64,000 bases of DNA, from NCBI GenBank assembly GCA_964036045.1, contig OZ038378.1:125178001-125242000 (forward strand). Reading direction: 5' to 3'. The translations under genes were made by a program, and so were the position numbers. The DNA comes from Eutreptiella sp. 'Long Island Sound 2002' (taxonomy: Eukaryota > Protista > Euglenida). Numbering within the stretch: position 1 is the stretch's first letter; every line of letters begins with the position of its first letter. The notes beneath the pieces were generated by a model. The model saw only the letters and a list, made by a program, of their open reading frames with translations, did not search any database and had not been told where the DNA came from. Shown here piece by piece: positions 50,260 through 61,589 of this stretch.

Positions 50260-51485
50260 GTCTCGGAAAGGAGTGGTATCGGAAGTTGCTGCGTTTTCTT
50301 GGCCAGCAAAATGCGCTTTTTTGGAAGGCAACAGGCCTGTCCACCCCAAGAATCCTTCCTGGTCGGAGTACTGTGACTACTGCGTTGAAAGAAATGGCTG
50401 CCGCCATGGACATGGGTCCAGGCCGGTTACGCAAAGGGCTCCACTGCCAATAGGGCGTGCGGCATCTAATGGAAATTTACTTCATGGCTCGAATATATTC
50501 AGTCCATTTCATACTTGTGGTCGACCGTTGCACACCTGGCGAACAGCTTCCGTTGTCTCATACGGGGTGATGCCAATCCAGTGGCATCTTGCGGCTGGTC
50601 ACAGTTAAATACTTTATTATGACTGCCAAATCCGTATACCGCTGATGGTTTTTGTGCCTGGCATATTGTTCTTACAAGGACTTCGGGCTACTTGCAGAAC
50701 TCTGGCGGCCAAATATAGAGGTTAGAAATTGTCTTTCGTACGAACTATTTCTCTTCCATACGAATTGTTTTTCACGTACGAAAGGTTTTTAGGCTTTGCC
50801 AAAGCTCATTGTACTGAAGAAAATCCCTTTGCGGCTCGGTACGATCCCATGTACCGTGTAATTTGACAGGGAGATCCCCTGGACAAAGGGAGGGCTGCGC
50901 ATTTCGACGTCCTGGATGTTGCCTTTGTTTTATTCCGCAGCCTATGGGGACGCCTCAACGTCATGTTTTGGAGGGGGTAACGAGAAGCGGACAATGGAAA
51001 GTGACATTGCCTGCAAGGGTCTGGAGCCTATTTGTGTTGTAGCACGAGGTGTTGTGGCAGACCTTCTTTTTCAAACCTGCATCAAAAACGTTTTTTCCCT
51101 GTGTATTAGATTGTATAATGGCGATTGGCAAACCTGTGCTCCTTTGGGTCAATGCACAGCTACCACTGCCTAAGGGACAACACAGCAAGCTGCAGAAATG
51201 TTTCAGAGTGGCCAGTATTCATTTCACCGTAGGTGGAAGTTCCTCCCTGGGTGAGGAAGAGCGTCAACGGCTCTTTCAGTGTGGGGGCTTCATTGTCGTG
51301 ATTATGATTATTCGTACGACGCATATTTGTTTGGTAAGTAGTATCGTTTACGAAAGTCGCATCACTGTGTAGGCGTGGTGCAGCCAGCATGGCAGCTGGG
51401 CTACAAACGGGGGGCAAGCTGACGGCAGCGCCGCAAGAAAGCGTGGGGGTGCATCAGCAACCGTCTATGGCGTCAGAATCTGGAG
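50260..51485 (+). pseudogene. Transposase remnants (CMC/Transib-type DDE)
   Basis: GLGKEWYRKLLRFLG...LPGRSTVTTALKEM resembles the LDLGMPKRRYKKF block. Downstream GRPSFSNLHQKRFF/PCVLDCIMAIGK resembles the conserved (D/P)xLH motif region. Confidence 0.4.
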
Positions 51486-54400
51486 GTAGGTAGGTATCTT
51501 CGGGAGCTGGGGATGCCTCCTTTGACAGTGCAGGAGGAAGGTCTTACCAAGGGGACATCCTGTCCCTCCCACTGCCCTAGGTCAGGTGCCTCTTCAGCCG
51601 CCCCCGCAGGTGCTTGGGAAGGCAGTGGGCGGCCACCCGGTCCAGGTGTCCCAGGTGGGAGGGTGTCCCCACATGTGTCCATGGGTAGTGCCACATGCCC
51701 CCTCCTTTGGGCGGCAGCTCTGGGGGCTGCCCAGCCGTGTGGAGTATCTCTCACCACAAGGGGTATTGCACCCGCTTCTCTACGGTACGACCGCCTCACC
51801 CTTGTGGCTTGAGTTGCGGGGCCGCTCTGCTTGGTGTGCGACCCCCTTCTGGACTGTGTACCGGCTCGCCTGTCACCGGTTGCTTCCATGTCTCCGGGTG
51901 ACGTTTGCCATGGTCCCCGATGCAGCCTGGCCGGGCTTGGACCAGTGGCCTTGAAGTACTGCTCCTGCAACTCGCCCGGTGGGTCGGTGGGTCGCCCGAG
52001 CGTGTCCGAGCCATGGGGTGTTGGTTCTTTCCTGTCCCTCGGCCGCCCTACGTGTGTGCGGTGTCCTGGGCGACTTGGCTCCTGTTCACCGGTGTGCCCG
52101 CTCGGTGCGTTGCGTTGCGTCTGCGGTGTCCAGGGCCACTTGGCTCCTGTTCACCGGTGCGCCCGCTTGGTGCGTTGCTTTGCTTGTGCGGTGTCCTGGG
52201 CCACTTGGCTCCTGTTCACCGTTGTGCCCGCGTGGTTTGTCGCGTTTTGTGTGCGGTGTCCTGGGCCACTTGGCCCCTGTTCACCGGTGCGCCCGCTCGG
52301 TGTGTTGTGTTTTGTGTCGGGTGTCCTGGGTCACTTGGCTCCTATTCACCGGTGTGTCCGCTTTGTGTGCTGCTTTGTGTGTGCGGTGTCCTGGGCCATT
52401 TGACTTCTGTTCACCGGTGTGCCTGGTCGTGGTGTCCCGTCCCTTTTGTAGTCCTCGGTGCTTGTGCGTGCGCGATGTCATGGTCCAGGTGGCGCCTGTT
52501 CACTGGCGTGCGCGCTGTGTGCGGTGTGTGTGTGCCGTTGGTGGTTATGTCCCTCTTCCTCCCCCCCTATTTTTTTTTTTGCCGTGTCGTTTTTTTTTTT
52601 TGAAAAAAAGATAAAACAATTTTTTTTAAAAATGTTTTTACAAAGAACGGGGCGCGCGTACACTGCAGGCACAAGCATGGGCAACTGGTGCAGTGGTGCA
52701 ATAGTGTCGTGTTCTCTGGCGTGTGTTGTTGGTGCCTTGGCGGCCGCGCCCCAGGGCTGCGGCTTGCGTGTCCTGATGTACACGGGTATGGGTCAGGGTG
52801 GGTTTGGTTAGGTGCCTTTTTGCTTTAGGTGCTGGCTGGTTAGGTGGCCGTGTTGGCTGTGGGTGTGGGCTGTGGCTACGTTGCCCCCTCGGCGGGCCAG
52901 GTTAGGAGTCAAGGGTTAGCGGTTTTGGGGTGTGGCTCGGACTGGATTCGTGTTGGGGCTTTGGCTGGGTTAGGCGGTTGTGACGGTTGCGGGCTTGGGT
53001 TCGGTGTCTTTGGTTGTAGCGGTGCCAGTTGGCGTGTGCGTTGGCGTCCTTCGGCTTCCGGTTCGTTTGGTGTCTTCCAGGCGGGGCCTGGTGTGGCGCC
53101 CCGCGGTCGTGGCTGGTTGGGCTGGTTGGGCAACGGGGTTAGGTGGCGGCGCCGCTGGCTGGGGGGTCAGGCGCGTCGTGCTGTGTTGCGCGCTGGGCTC
53201 CTGGGGTGCTGTGGGTGCCGCCGGCGTCGGTGCGCGGGCGCTTTTGGGGTGGCGAGGGGGTGTGTGGGTGCGAGGTTGGCCTTTGGGTGATGTCCCACCG
53301 GTGGATGCCGTCTGGCTGCGTCTCCTGGAGGGTCTCCCGCAGGCGCTTGAGGACATACGAGTGGTCCTGGGGCGCCGGGAGGTTGCGGGGGTGGACTCCC
53401 AGGGGGTGGAGCGCATCGGCAAGCATGGCTTCCCATGCGGCATGCGGCATTGACCCCCCCCGCCGGCTGGAGGCGGCTGTTATCCACCGACCCCTTGCGG
53501 GGCCGGTGGACCAGGCCCTCGAGGGAGGGCTCCGCCAGGACCCACTTTTGCAGCTCCCAGAGCTGCCTGTGGGTCCAGCTCTGCCATAACTGTCCCTGGG
53601 CGGGGCCGCGGTCTTGGGCGGAGGAGTGGGCGTGGGTGGGTGTGATGAGGTCGGGGGGACTGGTGGCGGTGGCGGGCCTGGGGAATTCCTCGTAGTCCTG
53701 TTCCGTCGGGGTGCGCGGGGAGTGGGGGCGCGGGCGGATGCGGACTCGTGGGTATGCGCGCACGGTCTCTGCCTCAGGGTTGGGTTGGGACTCGCGGTGG
53801 CGGCGGTAGCGGAGCATGTGCTGTATGTGGGCTGACATCGAGGGTTGGTAGGGAGCCAGGGACGCTGCTGGTGGACCATGGCGTTGATCTGGTCTGGTTG
53901 GGGGTGGTCCGTGGGCTTGGGGCGCGGGCTTTGGGAGGTGGCGGGACGAGGTGCTTCGTGCTTCAGCCGCGGCGTGCTCCGCCATGAAGGCTGTGGCGGC
54001 AGCGTCGGTGACGGTGGGGGGGCGCCGTGCTGGGTGCTGCTGCCTCCGGGCCTGGGACGGCTTGGGCCGAATGTCATAGAGGACGTCCTCGGGGCGTCGG
54101 GCTTGCGCTGTCGTTGTGGCGCCGGGCGTGGGCTTGGGTTTGGGCTTGGCTGCGGGTTGCGGTCTTGGCGCGCTGACGAGTTTGGGTGGCTGTTTGGCGG
54201 CGGTCTTGGGTTTCGGCTGGGTTGCGGGTGCGGGCCTCGTCAGGGCGTGGGCCTTGGCGGCGGCGGCGGCGGGATTTGCTCGAGGTGGCAACGGGTTTGG
54301 GGGCCCGTTTGGGAGGTTTTCACCCGTGGCTTGGGGGGTGGGGTGCTGGATGAGGACCTGGTGGTGGTGGTGGATGAGGTGGTTGTCGTGGTGGAGGTTG

Positions 54401-55136
54401 CGGAGTCGGAGGCGGGGGCGAGGGCTGTGGGAGACGGCGGAGGGCCCTGGGCTTCGGGGGCAGGCGTAGGATGCTGGGTCCTGCAAGTAGCGAGAACGAG
54501 GGTGCGGGTTCGGGCACCGGGCGTGTGCGCGCGGCTTCCTTGGTTACCTGTGCGTGCTGGTCCTGGTGTGGTGGCGTTGTCTCAGCTGTGCGGGCACCTG
54601 GGTTACCCGGGGGGTGTCCATATCTGCTCCAGGACGTGCGGGTGCGTTTGCTGGAGGTAGTTGAGGGTGCGGAGGAAGCATCGCTGGATGCCGGGCATGT
54701 CCTCCTTCGTGAGGTGGGGGTAGCATTGGGCCCGGCCACAGCAGCGCCATGAGGCGGGCTGCCAAAATGTACGGGCAGAGCTGTAGGGTGGTGGGGCGTG
54801 GGGGGATGGGTCCCCTGCGGTTGGGGGGGGGTTTCCTCTGCTGGGGGCGCAGTGTGACCCTCCACAGCCACTGGTCCGTGGGAATCCCCCACGGTACGTT
54901 GGGTCCACTTGGCAAGGCAATACATCGCTCTACCAAGGCCCTGGCTGCCGCTGCGGATGGAGAGCAGCGTGTCCAGGGTTTTGCGTTCCCACGTGCCCGG
55001 GGTGTGGGGGACGTCCGTCTCATTTCCCCTGGAGTACGTGTCCAGGCCTGGGTTGTGTGGGGGGGGGTGTAGTCGGCGGGTCGGAGGGAGTCCGTGCCGT
55101 GCACCACCCAGTGGCCAGTTGGTGCGTGGTAGTGGG
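51486..55136 (-). mobile_element. Composite (ACCT)n-ended element, copy B
   Basis: (AGGT)3 at 51484, ~540-bp module, 56-bp repeats at 52040-52420, T-rich tract and GC-rich body sharing blocks with 34000-35000 and 35740-36620. Confidence 0.7.
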
Positions 55137-55696
55137 TGTTTTATTCCGCAGCCTATGGGGACGCCTCAACGTCGTGCTTTGGAGGGGGTAACGAGAAGCG
55201 CACAATGGAAAGTGACATTGCCCGCAAGGGTCTGGAGCCTATTTGTGTTGTAGCACGAGGTGCTGTGGCAGACCTTCTTTTTCAAACCTGCATCAAAAAC
55301 GTTTTTTCCCTGTATATTAGATTGTATAATGGCGATTGGCAAACCTGTGCTCCTTTGGGTCAATGCGCAGCTACCACTGCCTAAGGGACAACACAGCAAG
55401 CTGCAGAAATGTTTCAGAGTGGCCCGTATTCATTTCACCGTAGTTGGAAGGTCCTCCCCGGGTGACCAAGAGCGTCAACGGCTCTTTCAGTGTAGGGGCT
55501 TCATTGCCCTGATTATGATTATTCGTACGACGCATATTTGTTTGGTAAGTAGTATAGTTTACGAAAGTCACATCACTGTGTAGGCGTGGTGCAGCCAGCA
55601 TGGTAGCTTGGCTACAAACGGGGGGCAAGCTAGCAGAAGCGCCGGAAAAAAGCGTGGGAGTGCATCAGCAACCGTCTATGGAGTCAGAACCTGGAG
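55137..55696 (+). repeat. 560-bp direct repeat of 50926-51485 (transposase fragment)
   Basis: Both copies begin TGTTTTATTCCGCAGCCTATGGGG and end GTCAGAA(T/C)CTGGAG. About 5 mismatches in the first ~135 bp by eye. Confidence 0.9.
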
Positions 55697-57099
55697 CCAA
55701 GGGGAGCAAGAAGGTGGATCAAGGGGCACTGGCCAACCACAGCGGCCCTCTGCTGGATCTGAGCCATCCCCACCACCAAAACACAAGTCAAAGCAGGCCC
55801 CGACACACTGAAGGACCCTCCCCCTTCAGCCCACAACAACACCTGACCTGTGGGGTCCACACCGTCCACAGAACCCTCTGGTGCCTGGGCCTCAGCCCGC
55901 CCCTCAAGTAACCTCTTCCCACCACCAACAGAGAGGTACACCAAGTACGCACACGCATCTGCAACGTCCTGGCCGCAGCTGCCGCAGACGGCAACCTCCA
56001 TTACCAAATCTCCAGACCTACAGGAGACCACACATGAACACCACTGCGAGCGGCCACAGACACGGGCACACAACATGCGAATCCCTCCCCACACCCCTTG
56101 TGCCTCCCCTCCTACTCCCCACCCAGTGGCTCACACTCGCCCACCAGGGCGCACAGCCCCGGGCCCCGCGCCACCGTCCTCCCCCCCAATGCGAAAACCC
56201 ACACAACCCCGCAAAGAACGGCCCCAGGATGCGTGGCTCACCGCCCACCACACCTGGCAACCCACACACAAGAAGCCCTACGCCCCACAGCACACCTGGC
56301 CCACCCAGTGACCTTCAGACGCCGACCACACACAGCCCACGTAAGCCTAGGCCCATTCCTGCCGGCGCCTGAACGCAGCCCAGGCGAACTGTTTCCCTGC
56401 GCGGACGCTGACCCGCGCACCCTTGCAAATTGCAGGAGCTTAGCACAGCCAACCCCAAATGTTGGAGACTGCAGCCTCATGCCTCCCCCACACACTGCTG
56501 CCGACCAGGTTGGCCCGCCAGGCCGCTGGATTGCCACCGGGCCCTTCAAGCCACCAGCCCCCAGCCAACAGCCTCCTCCACCTTGAGCTGGTCCCCAAAC
56601 CCAAGCCCGACCCCAAGCCGCAGCCGGAGCCCCAATGCCAGCAGGAGCATCATCTGCAACAACACCAGCACCACCACCACCACCACCAGCACCGCCAACA
56701 CCGTTAACACCACCACACGCAGCCCCAGCAGTCACGAAAGGGGCAACAGCAGCAGCAAGGGAAACACCCCCGCAAATAGAACCCCTGCCCACTGCGTCCC
56801 GCGCTCCCCTACCCCAGGCACGAACTGCAACCACGAAGGCAGCCACGCAACAGCACCGCGTCCAAACCCTCATCCACATCCCAATCTCCAAACTCCCTGC
56901 CATCCGTCCCCCACAAACCAGCATCCCCAGGAGCAAAGCCAACCCGGGGACGTGGGAGCACTCGACCACGGTCTCCGTCAAACGCAACACCTAACCCGCC
57001 CCCACTATCGACCAAACTCTGCACCCCCAAGCGCTGCAAATGATGCCCAATACCTTGTCCCGCCGGAGCGCCAAGGGATCCTGGGGGCATACCTGCAGC

Positions 57100-57280
57100 A
57101 CCACCAGCACTATCAACACCACCGCCCCCACCACCACCACCAACACCACCATCCCAACCAACACCACCACCGCCACCACTACCACCACCACCACCACCAC
57201 CACCACCACCACCACCACGACCACCACCCCCGAAACCACCACCACCAGCACCACCAGCACCACCTACAGCTGCACCACTA
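57100..57280 (+). repeat. (CAC)n trinucleotide tract
   Basis: Directly visible. Confidence 0.9.
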
Positions 57281-57699
57281 CCAACACTTCCCGCCACCCT
57301 ACCACACCGGCCCGCAGCCCCCCATGCACGGACAACACCACCACGTGCGATGGCCCCAGCACCCACCGGGCACCCAACCCAACTGCCCAACCTACCAGCA
57401 AGGAATGCCCCCCCGCCCCCCCTTCCAGGAACCGTATCCGCCCGGCAACAACACACACGCCAGAGGAGCCCAGCCCCCCCAAAAAGGCAACCCCCGACCG
57501 GGACAGCCCCTTCCACCACCACTGGACCCGTACCACTTGCAGGCCCCGCAACCGCACCCATCCCGCCCGGCGCAACCCCCCTACACAGCGGATCCACAGG
57601 GGGTGCGAGACTACCCGGCAGCACCGCATTGTGCCCTCCTGGCACTGTGGACCCCCCCTCGAGTGGCCTGGATCGCCCCGCGAAGGACCCCACTCCCAC

Positions 57700-59530
57700 A
57701 AAAGGTACCGCTCCCCTCCTCGCCGAACAACGCTCCCGCCCCCGGCTCACCCGCTCCCCACGACGCCACCATGCCCCGCCCCCCAAGGCGCCACTCTCCC
57801 CGCTCCGACTCCGCGGGGCACCGCCAAAGCTCTCCAGGGCCCCGCTCCGGCCACTGCCGCGCCCCCGCACGCCACCACGCAGGCCACCACCGCCCCATGT
57901 CCGCATCCCCCTCCCCCGACAAACGGCAGCCCCGGCCCCGCACCTCCCGCCCCCCGAGCCACTGACACGCGTCCCCCGTCCCCAGCCCCCGCCACCACCG
58001 CTCCAGACCCGGGGCTCAGAGCCCTCCCCCTACTCCCCCTCAGACTTCGCCTGGTGGTCCGCCCCCGTCCTGCGGGAGCTCCGCTGCTGAGTGAAGTGGG
58101 CAGGGGGAGCGGGCAGGAGAGAGGGGTGCCAGCGTCTCCACTGCTTCGAGGAACTCCTTGCCTGCTTCCCCCCCCCCCCCCAAACGACGCCCCCGCCCCC
58201 GGCTCTCCCGCTCCCCACAACGCCACCATCCCTCCCCCCCACCAGGCCCCGCTCCTACTGCTCCCACTTTGCAGGACACCGCCATGAATCCCCAGGGCCC
58301 CGCTCCCGCCTCTCCCGCTCCCCGGATGCCAAAACGCAGGCCACTGCCGCCCCATGTCCGCATTGCCCTCCCCCCACGAATGGCACCCCCGGCCCCCGCC
58401 CTGTCCGCTCCCGACGCCACCGACACGCATCCCCCACCCCCAGCCCCAGCCACCACGGCTCCATGACCCCAGGCTCAGAGCCCCCCCCCTACCTCCCCGC
58501 AGACCTGGCCTGGTGGTCCGCCCCAGCCCTGCGGGAGCTCTGCCGCTGGGTGAGGTGGGCAGGAGGAGCAGGCAGGAGAGAGGGGCGAGACCTCCTCCAC
58601 ACCTTCGAGGAACTCCTCACCTGCTCCCCCTCCCCCCCAAGCGACGCTCCCGCCCGCGGCTCTCCCGCTCCCCACTACGCCACCACGCCTCCCCTCCGCT
58701 AGGCTCCACTCTCACGGTTCCCACTCCACGGGGCACCGTTGTAAATTCCCAGGGCGCCGCTCCCGCCATTGCCAATCCCCCAGACGCCACCACGCAGGCC
58801 ACCGCCACCCGATGTTGGCACCGCCCTCCCCCCACAAACGGCATCCCCGGCTACGCGCTTCCCTGCTCCCCACGCAACAGAAACTCGTCCCCCAACCCAA
58901 GCCCACGCCACCACCGTTCCACGACCCGAGGCTCAGAGGCCTCCCCCTACCCCCCCCGCGGACCTCGCCTGGTGGTGTGCCCCCGCCCTGCGGGAGCTCC
59001 GCCGCTGGATAAGGTGGGCAGGGGGAGCAGGCAGGCGAGGGGGGCGCCACCACCTCCACACCTGCGAGGAATTCCTCGCCTGCTCCCCCTCCACCCGAGA
59101 ACGACGCTCCCGCCCCGAGCTCTCCCGCTCCCCACGACGCCACCACGCCTCCCCCCCGGCAGGCCCCACTCTCACCGCTGCAACTCTGCGGGGAACCGCC
59201 ATAAATCCCCAGGGAACCGCTCGCGCCACTCCTCTCCCCCGGACGCCACCATGCAGGCCACCGCCGCCCCATGTTGGCATCTCCGTCCCCCCACAAACGG
59301 CACCCCCGGCCCTGCGCTTCCCGCTCTTCACGCCACCGATACGCGTCCCCCGACCCCAGCCCCCGCCACCACCGCTGCAGGACCCCACGCTCAGAGGCCT
59401 CCCCCTACCCCCCCCGTGGACCTCGCCAGGTGGTCCGCCCCCGCCCTGCGGGAGCTCTGCCGCTGGGTGAGTTGAGCAGGCGGAGCGGGCGGGCGAGAGA
59501 GGCGCCACCGCCTCCACAACTTCGAGAAAC
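57700..59530 (+). repeat. ~459-bp GC-rich tandem repeat, about 4 copies
   Basis: GGTGGT(C/G)(C/T)GCCCC...GCGGGAGCTC marker at 58053, 58512, 58971 and 59429. Confidence 0.85.
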
Positions 59531-60789
59531 TTCTCGCCCTCTCCCTCTACTACCGCGACGACGCCGCCCTGGAGGAAGCCATGCCGCAGAGTGCCTGGGA
59601 AACGCTCCTGCGGGACGCGGGTCAGGTCCTTCCCCCCCTGTAAACCCCCGAAGCCCTCCGCCGCTGGCTCCAGACCGCCCACTCCTAAGCATGGGCGATT
59701 GGCATCCACCTGGCCCCACCACCACCCAACCACCAGGGCTCTGGGAAGGGTCAGGGCAAAAGGACGGCTCGCGGCAAAGGGGTGGGGAAAGGCGCAGGGT
59801 GCAGGGAACACACCAAAGGGAACAGGGGCACCGGGGGCAACACATCACAGGAGCAACAAATGACCGAGGGACCACCAAAAGCGGGCAAGACCAAGGGCAG
59901 GGGCCACAACGCTGAACAAAGGGGAGGCTACGACGACAGGCTCCAGAGCAAATACCCACGGAGGGGGGCCGCGCCGCAACGGAGGAACAGACGCTGCCCC
60001 ACCCTCCCGCACAGAGTCAACGCAGGCCAGCCCGCCACGCGAGACTCAGTGCGAGGCCCCCATGGGACATCACTGCACCAGAGCACAGGCCCCAAAGGCA
60101 GACAAGCTCAGAGGTGCAAGCCCGCCAAGTATCGCCACCAGAGCCCAGATCCGACACCACAGGAGCCGCACCGGGTCACGCCCACCAACCACCGGCCTGC
60201 GCACAGGATGAGGGGGGGCAACCATGAACGGGGGCACAGAAAGCGCCGCGCCCCCAAACGAACCACCGCTGCACCCTGACCACCAGGCAACGACCCCGGC
60301 GAACCTAAACTGAAAAAGCCACAACACAGACAGAATGACAGTAACACCAGGGGTGGAAATTACTAGGGGAGAGGGCAGCGGCACCAGGGACATGGGACGA
60401 CACGGGGACGGAGAGAAAGGCGAACACGCATGGGAGGCGAACGAGCCAAGAGGAGGGGGCCACATCACCGCATCCCACAGGACGCGGCGCACCCCTGGGG
60501 AAGAGGACCCCCCCGAGGGCACAGAACACCACCACATCAAGGCACAGGCCCCAAGGGACGACAACCCAACAGACACCTGCCCTGCCTACCAGGCCAGACG
60601 GCCCACGCAAGCCATCCGCAACACCGACCCAGCGAGCAACATCCACCACACCAAACGACGCCCACCAGCCACCAACCAACCGAATAACCCGAGCCCTCAA
60701 AGAGCCCCCGCGGCCCACACAGCAAAACCACCAGCCTGACACTTGCCGCCGCCACCCCAAGCCGGACCAGGGGGTACCACTAACCCAGG

Positions 60790-61110
60790 GCACAGCCCAG
60801 CACAGCACAACACAGCGCAGCACAGCACAGCGCAGCACAGCACAGGGCAGCACAGCACAGGACAGCGCAGCACAGCACAGCGCAACACAGCACAGCACAG
60901 CACAGCACAGCACGGCACCGCACGGCAAAGCACAGCTCAAGCACGGCACAGCACGTCACGGCACGACACGGCACGGGACGGCACTGTACAGCACGGCAGA
61001 GCACGGCATGGCACGGCACAGCACCGCACAGCACAGAGCAGCACAGCACAGCAACGCACAGCACAGCACAGCACAGCACAGCAAAGCACAGCACAGCACA
61101 GCAAAGCAAG
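60790..61110 (+). repeat. (CAGCA)n/(CGGCA)n pentanucleotide microsatellite
   Basis: Directly visible. Confidence 0.95.
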
Positions 61111-61589
61111 GAAAGCTAACCGTCGGCCTAACCCCATCAAACCACGTCTCGCCCCGGAAAGGAAAGGACCACGCCCACTGGTGCAGAACATCACCACAGA
61201 GCAGCCTACCACAGACTGCCTAACAGCCTAACCCTTGGAACAACACAGGTCAAGAGACAGCGACCACCACACACCTGACGGAACAACCCCCTATCCCGAG
61301 CGAGGGCGCCAGTCACAGGACCGGAAAAACCGGACGCAACCCTCATCCCCCCTGCCCGCAACAGCCCGCCCGCACAAATCGCCTCGGGCCAAAGGAAAGT
61401 GAAACCCGCCAAAACATAACCAGCACCACAGGGGCGGGGGAACACCGGGCAACCCCACCACAGAAAAACACTTCAACCGCCCCCAAGCCCCCCCCCCTCC
61501 AACCCCGCCTGCGCCAGAGGTCCAGCTCGCTCAACCGCCCAGCCGGAAGAGCCACAACCTTACCCAACAGGACGGGCCGGCGGCCCATA

